Positions 18,717 to 27,460 of a DNA stretch of 64,000 nucleotides are shown one piece after another. The notes beneath the pieces were generated by a model. It was not told the DNA's origin. It ran no database searches and saw only the letters and a list, made by a program, of their open reading frames with translations. The first letter of the stretch is position 1, and each line of letters starts with the position of its first letter. This stretch comes from Candidatus Peregrinibacteria bacterium. Lineage in GTDB: Bacteria > Patescibacteriota > Gracilibacteria > UBA1369 > JACRIC01. The DNA lies in contig JACPHH010000009.1 of the NCBI GenBank assembly GCA_016188705.1, positions 98,091 to 162,090 of the forward strand. The letters are read 5' to 3'. The translations under genes were made by a program, and so were the position numbers.

Positions 18717-20135
18717 ATGATCGCAATGAAATTTGGCGGATCTTCCGTTGGATCTGGTGAACGCATGGTGAATGTTGCTAAAATTATTCAATCATATATA
18801 TCCAAGAAGCCCGTGGTCGTGATTTCCGCGTTGCAGGGAGTTACCGATACTCTTCTTTCGCTTTCGGATGATTTTCTTCATCGTCGCAAAGAAGAAGGTC
18901 AGAAAAAACTTAATCAAGTTGGCGAAAAACATTTTGAGATTATTCGAGAATATATCAAAGATACTAAACGCGCTTCTGAAATTCGAAAAAAAATTGAAGA
19001 ACTCATGACGCAGCTCGAAGAAGTGGCGCATGGTGTTTATCTTTTGAGAGAATTTTCTCCGAAATCCCTTGCTCTTGTTTCATCTTTCGGTGAACGGCTT
19101 TCCGTGCCGCTTCTTTCGGGTATTCTGCAGGAAATGGGGACCCCTGCCAAAGATTTTGATGCTAGACAACTTGTTTCAACTGACGACGAATTTCTTTCGG
19201 CTGGCGTTGACATGAAAACTACCTGTTCGCAGTTTAAAAAATATGTTTTTCCTGTGTGGAAAAAAGGTGTTGTTCCGGTTATAACGGGCTTTATCGGTTC
19301 TTGCCGCGAGGGGCTTACAACAACTCTCGGTCGCGGAGGATCCGATTATTCTGGCGCGATTGTTGGAGCTTGTTTTGATGCTGAAGAAATATGGATTTGG
19401 ACTGATGTTTCCGGCATTTATTCGGCGGATCCGCGAATTGTTCCTAACGCGAAGGGGCTTTCTTCAGTAAGCTATGAGGAAGCGTCTGAAATGTCCTATT
19501 TTGGCGCGAAAGTGATTCATCCGAAAACCATGATGCCCGCGGTCATGAAAAAAATTCCCATTCGTATAAAAAATACTTTTGCTCCGAAAGATTCAGGAAC
19601 TCTTATTTCCAAGAAAACAATGACCAAAGGTCATCCTGTTCAAATAGTCACTGCCATCAAAAAACTTGATCTTGTTTCAGTACAGGGGAGTGGCATGATC
19701 GGAGTTCCTTCCATTAGCGCTCGTATTTTTTCCACGGTGGATCGCGCGAAAGTTCATCTTTTTATGTATTCGCAGGCTTCTTCCGGCTACAATATGTGTC
19801 TTGTCACGGGCAATCAAGAAAGTCATCGTCTCAAGGAAATGCTTGAGTGTGAATTTTCCCATGAATTGAAAATTGGAGCGCTTGATCAGATTGGGATTTT
19901 GTCTTCCATGTCTATTGTTTCCGTTATTGGAAGTGGCATGAGAGGCACGCCGGGTATTGCTGGAGCTATTTTTGCCGCGCTTGGAGATCATAGTCTTAAT
20001 ATTATGGCCATTGCGCAAGGAAGTTCTCAGCTTAATATTTCCATGGTTATCGACGAAAGCGATGCTGACCGAGCAGTGAAAATTCTTCATGATGCCGTTA
20101 TTTTGAAACATTTTGAAAATAAGGTTGGTTCATGA
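18717..20135 (+). CDS. lysC: Aspartate kinase
   Basis: MKFGGSSVG, VVVISA, GRGGSDYSGA, IWTDVSGIYSADPRIV, SYEEASEMSYFGAKVIHP, plus two C-terminal ACT-like repeats. Confidence 0.93.
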   Translation: MIAMKFGGSSVGSGERMVNVAKIIQSYISKKPVVVISALQGVTDTLLSLSDDFLHRRKEEGQKKLNQVGEKHFEIIREYIKDTKRASEIRKKIEELMTQLEEVAHGVYLLREFSPKSLALVSSFGERLSVPLLSGILQEMGTPAKDFDARQLVSTDDEFLSAGVDMKTTCSQFKKYVFPVWKKGVVPVITGFIGSCREGLTTTLGRGGSDYSGAIVGACFDAEEIWIWTDVSGIYSADPRIVPNAKGLSSVSYEEASEMSYFGAKVIHPKTMMPAVMKKIPIRIKNTFAPKDSGTLISKKTMTKGHPVQIVTAIKKLDLVSVQGSGMIGVPSISARIFSTVDRAKVHLFMYSQASSGYNMCLVTGNQESHRLKEMLECEFSHELKIGALDQIGILSSMSIVSVIGSGMRGTPGIAGAIFAALGDHSLNIMAIAQGSSQLNISMVIDESDADRAVKILHDAVILKHFENKVGS

Positions 20136-20207
20136 ATATATTTTTAGCATCCATACGAAGTTACGTTTTTTAGAGGCTCCTTATATGTATTTTTAATTTT
20201 TTTTACT

Positions 20208-21419
20208 ATGAATCCTTTACGTGTTGGAATTCTTGGCGCGACAGGGATGGTGGGACAGCGTTTTATTCAATTGCTTCACAATCATCCGTGGTTTCGCGTG
20301 ACGGAAGTAGCCGCTTCGGAACGTTCGGCGGGAAAGCGTTATCGCGATGCCGTGAACTGGAAAATGGCGGAAAACATACCGTCCGATGTCGCGGATCTCA
20401 CGGTGAAATTGTGCAAACCTTCCGAATTGCGCAGTTCGGCTCAATCATGCGATTTTGTTTTTTCGGCGCTTGATTCGGATGTTGCCGGCGATGTTGAACT
20501 TGAATTTGCTCGGGCGGGGATTCCGGTTGTTTCAACGGCGAAAAATTATCGCATGGAGCATGACGTTCCCATGATTATTCCGGAAATAAATGCCGATCAC
20601 ATTGATATTATTCCGATTCAACGTAAAAATCGCGGTTTTGATCGAGGATTTATTGCAGTGAAGCCGAATTGTTCACTTCAGTCGTATCTTATCGCTTTGT
20701 ATCCGCTTCATCGGCAGTTTCGAATGACTCGACTTATTATTACCACGATGCAGGCAGTATCCGGAGCAGGTTATCCTGGTGTTCCGTCTCTTGATATTGT
20801 TGATAACGTCGTGCCGTTTATCGGAGGAGAGGAAGAAAAATCTGAACAGGAATCATATAAAATTTTTGGAACGTTTTCTGGCGAAAAAATTGAGCATACT
20901 TCGGATATTATTATTTCGGCGCATTGCAACCGCGTTCCGGTTATTGATGGCCATTTGGCAACTATTTCTGTGGAATTTGAGAAAAAACCTTCTCGCGAGG
21001 AAATTTTGCGTCTTTGGAAAGATTTTCGTTCGGTTCCGCAGGAGCTTGAGCTTCCGTCTGCTCCGGATCCTGTCATTTATTATCGCGAAGAAGAAAATCG
21101 TCCGCAGCCCCGTCTTGATCGCGATGCCGGTCAGAGTGTTTATCGTGACGCGAGAGTGGATCATGCAGGAGTTCACTATGACGGCGTGGATCAAGTTCAT
21201 GTGAGTCAATCTGGCGCGAATTATGCCGAGGCGAATCAATTTGGCATGAATCATGCTGGCGTCAATCGGGCGAAAGGTATGGCTGTTACGTGCGGCCGAC
21301 TTCGGCCCTGTCATATTTTCGATTGGCGTTTCGTGTGTCTTTCTCATAACACCATTCGCGGCGCCGCCGGAGGAAGTATTCTTTTGGCGGAACTTTTAAA
21401 AGCTCGGGGCTATTTGTAG
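20208..21419 (+). CDS. asd: Aspartate-semialdehyde dehydrogenase (archaeal-type), with low-complexity insertion
   Basis: VGILGATGMVGQRF, KPNCSLQSY (active-site Cys), HCNRVPV.DGH, LSHNTIRGAAGG. A roughly 48-aa insertion (QSVYRDARVDHAGVHYDGVDQVHV...NHAGVNRAK) is encoded at about 21132-21275. Confidence 0.9.
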   Translation: MNPLRVGILGATGMVGQRFIQLLHNHPWFRVTEVAASERSAGKRYRDAVNWKMAENIPSDVADLTVKLCKPSELRSSAQSCDFVFSALDSDVAGDVELEFARAGIPVVSTAKNYRMEHDVPMIIPEINADHIDIIPIQRKNRGFDRGFIAVKPNCSLQSYLIALYPLHRQFRMTRLIITTMQAVSGAGYPGVPSLDIVDNVVPFIGGEEEKSEQESYKIFGTFSGEKIEHTSDIIISAHCNRVPVIDGHLATISVEFEKKPSREEILRLWKDFRSVPQELELPSAPDPVIYYREEENRPQPRLDRDAGQSVYRDARVDHAGVHYDGVDQVHVSQSGANYAEANQFGMNHAGVNRAKGMAVTCGRLRPCHIFDWRFVCLSHNTIRGAAGGSILLAELLKARGYL

Positions 21420-21441
21420 GTTTTTAAAATGGATGGATTTT

Positions 21442-22695
21442 TCAAAATATTCCGGATTTGATTGCTTTTGACGCTTTTTGTATTTGTTGAAAAGTCGGCA
21501 CAAGGGCAAAACGGATAAAGTTTTTTCCAGGGTTATCGATTTTTGCTGTTTTCGTGCGATTTTTTATATTTTTGTCATTGGAAGAGTGTTTTTTAAAGGT
21601 TTTTTGATTTATTTTTATTGGCTCACTGATCCATTCGCCTGGAGTAACGACGATGGCGCATTTTTGAAGAAGTTTTTTGGCGAAAGTTATAGAAGTTTCA
21701 TCTTCCGGGACGCGTTGCCAAATGTAAAAAGTCGCTTCTGGCCTATATGTTTTGAGACCGATGGATGAAAGTGTTTCGAGCATGATGTCGCGTTTTTCGC
21801 GGTATTTTTTATTCATTTTTTGCACGTGTTTTTCATTTGAAAGCGCGGCGATTGCTCCTTCTTGAATAAAATTGGGAGTGCCTGAATCGATATTTGTTTT
21901 TACTTGTTTGAAAATTTTGATAATTTTTTCATCGCCGCATGCCCATCCAATGCGATGACCGGTCATACAGCTCCGTTTTGAAAGCGACTGGAATACTATA
22001 ATATTTTTTTGATCGATTTCAAGAATCGAATGCGGTTTTTCATCAAAATAAATTTCCGTGTAGCACTCGTCGGACGCGATGATGATATTGTGTCGATGCG
22101 CAAATTCAATCGCATGTTTGTAAAAATCGAGCGTGGCCATTTTTCCTGTTGGACTATTGGGGTAATTGAGCCAGAGAATTTTTGTTTTTTTGAGAATTGT
22201 TTTTGGAATCTTTTTGAAGTCGGGATAAAAATTATTTTCTTCGAGCAGTGGATAGAAATATGGAATGCCGCTTGCAAAGAGCGTGCCGGTTTTGTACGGC
22301 GGATAGCCTGGTGAAGGCATCAGCACGTAGTCGCCGGGATTTACAAATCCGAGCGGAAAATGAAAAATTCCTTCCTTTCCGCCAATGGTTGAAGTAATTT
22401 CCGTGTCGGGGTTGAGCGAAACATTGAAGCGATTGTTCATCCATTCGGAGATTTTTTCACGATAATGTTTCATGCCAATATAGTTTGGATAACCGGCGTT
22501 TTTGTGTTTTTCAAGGCCTTTTTTTATAGCGTCGAGAATAAACTCAGGCGTTGGATCAAACGGATCACCGACACCGAAATCGATTGGTTCGATGCCTTTT
22601 TTTTTAAGATCCGTGACGAGTTTATCGACTTCAGCGAACGCATACGGTGAAAGTTTTTGAAGTCGATTGGAGGGATGGAGAAAATTGAAATTCAT
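21442..22695 (-). CDS. dapL: LL-diaminopimelate aminotransferase (class I aminotransferase, DapL-like)
   Basis: LSPYAFAEVDKLV, GVGDP.DPTP, LNYPNSPTG, SLSKRSCMTGHRIGW (PLP Lys). Lies in an operon-like array with lysA, dapA and dapB. Confidence 0.8.
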   Translation of the reverse strand: MNFNFLHPSNRLQKLSPYAFAEVDKLVTDLKKKGIEPIDFGVGDPFDPTPEFILDAIKKGLEKHKNAGYPNYIGMKHYREKISEWMNNRFNVSLNPDTEITSTIGGKEGIFHFPLGFVNPGDYVLMPSPGYPPYKTGTLFASGIPYFYPLLEENNFYPDFKKIPKTILKKTKILWLNYPNSPTGKMATLDFYKHAIEFAHRHNIIIASDECYTEIYFDEKPHSILEIDQKNIIVFQSLSKRSCMTGHRIGWACGDEKIIKIFKQVKTNIDSGTPNFIQEGAIAALSNEKHVQKMNKKYREKRDIMLETLSSIGLKTYRPEATFYIWQRVPEDETSITFAKKLLQKCAIVVTPGEWISEPIKINQKTFKKHSSNDKNIKNRTKTAKIDNPGKNFIRFALVPTFQQIQKASKAIKSGIF

Positions 22696-22831
22696 GATGT
22701 TATCTTGAGTGATGAAGTTTTGGAATTTTCGCGAATTTTATTGCGAAAGCAGGTTTTTTTGCGTTTTTAAAATAAAAAGCAACGGCAGTTGGCAAATACG
22801 CGAAATTTATTATACAGAGCGACATAACTTT

Positions 22832-24175
22832 TTAGGGATTTTCTCTAGGTACAACATTACTCATCATATTTTTTAGTGTTTGCCTTTTTCGAATAAGCTT
22901 TGCTTTCCCATCGCGCACTAAAACTTCGGCATCGAGTGGAATTGTGTTGAATCCAAAACTCATTGAAAAACCATAAGCTCCAGTGCAAAGAAAAGTCAAT
23001 ATGTCGCCTTCTTTAGGAGTAGGTATTTTTCGGTTTCTTGCTATTTTGTCAGTATTTTCACATATTCCGCCGACTATGGTTCTTTTCTTTCCAGGTTTGG
23101 CATTCATACGATTTGCCATCAAAACATCGTGATATGCCGTAGGATAAAGCACTGATCGAAGCAGTGTATTCATTCCAGCATCTGTTCCCACATAAGGCTG
23201 GTAACTTAAATTTTTTACTTCTTGGACTGTTGTTAAAAGAATTCCAGCATCTCCAACAATATAACGTCCAGGTTCTACCATGAGCGTTGGATGTCCCAAA
23301 TCGTATTCTTCTGCTTTTTTTCTGAGCATTTCGATTACTTTTTCGGCAACTTTTTCGATATCAAGCGATTTTTCATCAGGACGATAGGGTATGCCGAATC
23401 CTCCTCCGATATTGATCCACTCAAATTGAATGCCAACTTCTTTTCGTATTTTTCCAGCTATGTCGAGAAGTTTTTCCGTGACTTTTTCGAAATATGATGG
23501 ATCGAGTACGCAAGAACCAGTCATCATATATATTCCAAAATGTTCCACTCCAGCCTCTTTAGCTTGTTTATAGGCATCTACTGCGTCTTCGTGTCGAATT
23601 CCAAATTTCGCGTCATGCCCGGCAAAAACATTGTTTTCAAAACTTCCTTGTCCGAATCCTGGATTTATTCGGAACGTGATACGTTTCGGTGGTGATAATT
23701 TTGGCCCTTTTATCGAATTCGGGATCGGTGGTGATGATTTTGAATTCTTTATCAAATTCATGAGTCGTTGAAAAGCCTCAATGCTATCGAAATTTATGAT
23801 ATCGGCATTTTTTAAGCCGGATATGAGTGATTCGTTCGTTGCGAAGTTTCCTGAATATGAAATCATCGGGAATTCGGCATCTTGCGCGAGTTCGATTTCC
23901 GTGGAACGTGAAGCGTCGGCGCCATCAGTTTTTTGAGCGATGACATCAAGCATTCGCGAATTGTTCATTGCTTTTATGGCATAAAGCATGAGAAATTCGT
24001 TATATCGTGACTGGAATGCCCTTCTTACACGATTTATATTCGATTGTATTCGTTCTTGATCGTAGACAAAGAGTGGCGTGCCAAATTTTTCTGCTAGTTC
24101 TACGGTATTTACTCCACCAAAGTAAAGAATGCCGTCTCGGTTTTCAAAAGAATCGTGCAGGAGTGAATTTTTCAT
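22832..24175 (-). CDS. lysA: Diaminopimelate decarboxylase
   Basis: GTPLFVYD, YAIKAMNN (PLP Lys), GGGFGIPY, EPGRYIVG, CENTD, GAYGFSMS. Confidence 0.9.
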   Translation of the reverse strand: MKNSLLHDSFENRDGILYFGGVNTVELAEKFGTPLFVYDQERIQSNINRVRRAFQSRYNEFLMLYAIKAMNNSRMLDVIAQKTDGADASRSTEIELAQDAEFPMISYSGNFATNESLISGLKNADIINFDSIEAFQRLMNLIKNSKSSPPIPNSIKGPKLSPPKRITFRINPGFGQGSFENNVFAGHDAKFGIRHEDAVDAYKQAKEAGVEHFGIYMMTGSCVLDPSYFEKVTEKLLDIAGKIRKEVGIQFEWINIGGGFGIPYRPDEKSLDIEKVAEKVIEMLRKKAEEYDLGHPTLMVEPGRYIVGDAGILLTTVQEVKNLSYQPYVGTDAGMNTLLRSVLYPTAYHDVLMANRMNAKPGKKRTIVGGICENTDKIARNRKIPTPKEGDILTFLCTGAYGFSMSFGFNTIPLDAEVLVRDGKAKLIRKRQTLKNMMSNVVPRENP

Positions 24176-24355
24176 GGTTTTTCGATGGGATATAAGGAAT
24201 TGAGCGTTGTGAATGAAGGTTTTTTTTGACGAAATCTAAGAAGTTGAATGAGTAAATGAAGGTTTTTTTGATTGAAATTTGAGGATGAAGCTTTAATTTT
24301 TTTTAAAACATTCAATTGAGTATTGTAATCAAAATGAGACATGGATTTAAAAAAT

Positions 24356-25366
24356 CTAGATGAGTGATGCTTGTTTCAAGGTTTGAGTGAGTTTTTCTTT
24401 ATTTTCTTTTGACATCGGGGTCAGAGGAAGTCGGAAATTGGTTTCGATTTTACCCATGAGTTCAAGCGCGGTTTTTACGGGGATTGGATTTGTTTCAATG
24501 AAATTTGTTTCCATGAGTTTTAAATATCGAAAATGGATTTCACGTCCTTGTTTGAGTTTTAGGTTTTGATGTTTTTTATTGAATTGTTCTTGTCTGTCAT
24601 TTTTTTCATCGTGGTTATACTTGTTTTTTTGTTCATTTTCATCGCTTAATGCATTATTGTCGTCTGATTTTTGAATATTTGATCTTGTTTCAAGGCAAAG
24701 TTGAATCATTGTTGAGAATTCTTGCGGAATTTCGTTCGCGACCACGGATACGCAGCCGTCCGCTCCGAGCATCATGAGTGGATAGGCAAGAGCGTCGTCG
24801 CCTGAATACACGCGAAAACCATCGGGTCGATCCCGTAGAATTTCCATGATTTGGCTCATATTTCCAGAAGCTTCTTTGATGCCGACGATGTTTCCCATTT
24901 GAGCGAGTTTGAGCGTTGTTTCAGCCGTAATATTGATCCCAGTGCGGCCTGGCACATTGTATACGATAATAGGAATCCCTATTTCGTTGAGAGTTTTGTA
25001 ATGCTCAATAATGCCTTGCTGAGTTGGTTTGTTGTAATATGGCGAAATGGAAAGCACGGCATCAGCGCCGGCTTCTCGAGCGTGTTCAGTCAGAGAAACA
25101 GCCTCTCGTGTTGAGTTGGACCCCGCGCCGGCGATTACGGGAATTCGTCCTTGTGTTTCGTTAATGACGATGTCGATCACGCGATGGTGTTCTTCATGGC
25201 TGAGCGTCGCGCTTTCACCTGTTGTTCCGCAGGGAACGATAGCATTTGTGCCGCTTTTGACGTGCCAGCTAACGAGTTCGCGCAGACGTTGTTCATCGAT
25301 GGCTCCATCTGATTGAAATGGAGTTATAAGAGCGACTATCGAACCTTGAAGAGAAAAAGTTTTCAT
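24356..25366 (-). CDS. dapA: 4-hydroxy-tetrahydrodipicolinate synthase, with low-complexity insertion
   Basis: VALITPF, VPCGTTGES, YYNKPTQ, YNVPGRTG, GIKEASG. A roughly 45-aa Asn/Lys/Gln-rich insertion is encoded at about 24551-24685. Confidence 0.9.
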   Translation of the reverse strand: MKTFSLQGSIVALITPFQSDGAIDEQRLRELVSWHVKSGTNAIVPCGTTGESATLSHEEHHRVIDIVINETQGRIPVIAGAGSNSTREAVSLTEHAREAGADAVLSISPYYNKPTQQGIIEHYKTLNEIGIPIIVYNVPGRTGINITAETTLKLAQMGNIVGIKEASGNMSQIMEILRDRPDGFRVYSGDDALAYPLMMLGADGCVSVVANEIPQEFSTMIQLCLETRSNIQKSDDNNALSDENEQKNKYNHDEKNDRQEQFNKKHQNLKLKQGREIHFRYLKLMETNFIETNPIPVKTALELMGKIETNFRLPLTPMSKENKEKLTQTLKQASLI

Positions 25367-25505
25367 GACAATTTTTTAGTAAGTAAGTTGATTGGCTGGG
25401 GCTGGAAAAGTGTTTTACGGACGATTAAGTGATATTTACAATGGAATATTTTTTGATTGAATCGGTTTGGAATTTTTTTGACAGTATTGTTTTTAGTAGA
25501 AAAAA

Positions 25506-26408
25506 TTATTCAGCGATGATGTTCTTTATCCAATCTTCCATTGTGAAAAAGCCTTTTTTTCCGTGGAGCCACTTCGCGGCTTTGAGCGCGCCTATGGCGA
25601 AGCCTTTCCGTGATCTTGCCGTATGTTTTATTTCAATGGCGTCGGCTTCGGAGTCGAAGTAAACGGCATGCGTCCCAGGCACATATCCGCCACGGGTGCT
25701 GGAAATATGGATTTCCTCCGGCGCGATATTTCGATCGAGTTTTTCTGTAACTATTTGTGTTTTTCGATCGATATTTTTGATCAAAAGCTGGCCAAGAGAG
25801 AGTGCCGTGCCCGATGGACTGTCTTTTTTTTGCCGGTGATGGAATTCATGCGCAAAAATGTCGTATTCATCGAAGGTATTCATAAAATTCGCCGCGCGTT
25901 CGATTATTTTGAAAAAAAGCTGTACGCCGATAGAAAAATTTGAGGCATACAGAAAACCGATATTTTTTGATTTTACAATTTTTTTTGCTTCATCGATTTT
26001 GTCATACCATCCTGTGGTGCCCATAACGAGATTGACCCCGTTCTCTGCGCAGATTTGAATATGTTCGAGCGCGACTTCGCCTTGACTGAAATCAATGGCG
26101 GCATCGACGTTTTTCAGGCTTTCTGCGTTGAGCGTTGGATAGGTTATTGTCGCGTTTGCGGCCTTTGCGGTGTTTTGAGGTTGAATGGACGTCGAAACAT
26201 TTTGAAGGTGAATGGACTGAAATGAGTTTTTAGGTTCAGCGAATTGAGGCGTTTTTTGAGCATTTATAAATTGAATGGCACTTTGAAGTTGTAATGCGTT
26301 GGAGGAAGTATTCGGGTCTATAATGCTTGTAATGTTCATTTCGTGTAATGGCGCAAGTTCAGCGAGCATTTTTCCCATTTTTCCGTAGCCGATGAGCGCG
26401 ATGTTCAT
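25506..26408 (-). CDS. dapB: 4-hydroxy-tetrahydrodipicolinate reductase, with low-complexity insertion
   Basis: MNIALIGYGKMGK, MGTTGW, SNFSIGV, EFHHRQKKDSPSGTA, IKHTARSR.GFA.GAL.AA.W. The true start is ATG 26408. The extra 24 codons of track ORF 25506..26480 read through a family-1 repeat fragment. Confidence 0.88.
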   Translation of the reverse strand: MNIALIGYGKMGKMLAELAPLHEMNITSIIDPNTSSNALQLQSAIQFINAQKTPQFAEPKNSFQSIHLQNVSTSIQPQNTAKAANATITYPTLNAESLKNVDAAIDFSQGEVALEHIQICAENGVNLVMGTTGWYDKIDEAKKIVKSKNIGFLYASNFSIGVQLFFKIIERAANFMNTFDEYDIFAHEFHHRQKKDSPSGTALSLGQLLIKNIDRKTQIVTEKLDRNIAPEEIHISSTRGGYVPGTHAVYFDSEADAIEIKHTARSRKGFAIGALKAAKWLHGKKGFFTMEDWIKNIIAE

Positions 26409-26467
26409 AGTGAGTGTGTTAAAAAGGAGAGAAAGGTGAAAAATTCGCGGCAAAAGTTTGCAAATCG

Positions 26468-26492
26468 CAGTAGTAAGCACGTTTTTCAGAGG
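26468..26492. repeat. Family-1 element end fragment
   Basis: gcagtagtaagcacgtttttcagagg is the reverse complement of the left end cctctgaaaaacgtgcttactactgc seen at 2620. Confidence 0.75.
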
Positions 26493-26540
26493 TTTTCATA
26501 CGGTAAAATGTAATTGTGAAAATTTTAAAAAGTGAGATAG

Positions 26541-26621
26541 AAAAAAAGCCTGAATTCAGGCTTAGGAAGGTTCGTTATATTATGGCACGACCTCTCTAAG
26601 CCTTGGAATGAGGCTTTTTTT
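26541..26621. promoter_or_regulatory. Alternative-hairpin (attenuator-like) module or small-RNA candidate between dapB and tRNA-Arg
   Basis: A-run, then palindrome agcctgaattcaggct (26547-62). aggcttag (26558-65) can instead pair with ctaagcct (26596-603), which can in turn pair with aggctt (26611-16) followed by T7. A hairpin plus U-run is present when read on either strand. Confidence 0.35.
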
Positions 26622-26800
26622 GAGAGATTTTTTTTATTTGAGAATCGAAAAGTACGGTCATTGATGTCACTAAAGTGGCTTTATTGTGGGGGATTGACGT
26701 TATTTTGTCAAGAATGATGATTGCTTTTTTCGTATTTTTTATTATAATAAACCGTGTTTTACGTTGTTTAGAAGGTGTTTTTTCGCTTGGAATTTTGTAC

Positions 26801-26874
26801 GCGCCCGTAGTTCAGCTGGATAGAACGCAAGCTTGCGGAGCTTGAGGTCGCAGGTTCGAGTCCTGCCGGGCGCA
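26801..26874 (+). tRNA. tRNA-Arg (anticodon GCG)
   Basis: Clean 74-nt cloverleaf: gcgcccg-ta-gttc-agctggata-gaac-g-caagc-TTGCGGA-gcttg-aggtc-gcagg-ttcgagt-cctgc-cgggcgc-a. No encoded CCA. Confidence 0.9.
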
Positions 26875-26906
26875 AATATGAGCAGTGTCTTTTGTATAAT
26901 TTTTTC

Positions 26907-27178
26907 TAGGCAGTGTTCACATAAAATTTTTACAGATGGAAGAGATGTATTTTGTTCAGTTCAAGGAACGACGACGAGAGTGTACCCAAAGGTACATCGA
27001 GAAGGAGTGACGCAGAAATGGACAAAATACGTCTCTTCCCTTCGGGTTGGACGGAAAGATGTCCGTCTTCTTTGTTGCTCGTCGCTTATGGAGCGCTGGC
27101 TCCACCACGCTCCTCGCGCCTTGAATCCAGACATCTTTCCGTCCAACCATCGTAAAAATTTTATGTGAACACTGCCTA
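26907..27178. mobile_element. Family-3 non-autonomous element (272 bp, 27-bp perfect TIRs, TA-flanked) with nested internal helices
   Basis: The TIR taggcagtgttcacataaaatttttac (26907-33) is the exact reverse complement of 27152-78. Internal pairings: gatggaagagatgtattttgt with acaaaatacgtctcttccc, and ggttggacggaaagatgtc with gacatctttccgtccaacc. Read as ggcagtg...cactgcc, both ends are flanked by TA. Lies 32 nt downstream of tRNA-Arg. Confidence 0.75.
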
Positions 27179-27460
27179 AGCAGAAAAGCCTTGAATATTT
27201 TATTCACTTGAGGCATAGTTTGTTTCGTCCTTGATTCGGTTTACATGAATTTCTGCAAAATTTGTTTTCGTAACGCAATTTAAAATTGTAATAGAAATGG
27301 GTTTTCGCGGAAGTTTCTAGAGTTATTGTTTCGTTTTTGGACAAGTAATCGAAGTAATGGACAATTTATATTCCTATCTCAAAATATCGTTAGCACTCTT
27401 TCTGCCTCGTCGACAACTTGTTTGCCGGCTGGCGCGTCTCCTTCGGGGGACATAGAAAAT

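Noticed and set aside
26907-27178. tmRNA, 6S RNA or RNase P RNA identity for the structured element.
   Set aside because: There are no tRNA-like acceptor or T-arm ends, no tag reading frame, no RNase P conserved regions (GAGGAAAGUCC-type), and a 27-bp perfect outer helix is atypical for 6S RNA.
26833-27216. Four overlapping ORFs of 61-111 aa on both strands.
   Set aside because: They lie entirely within the palindromic family-3 element and mirror each other, with no start context. They are artefacts of the inverted-repeat structure.
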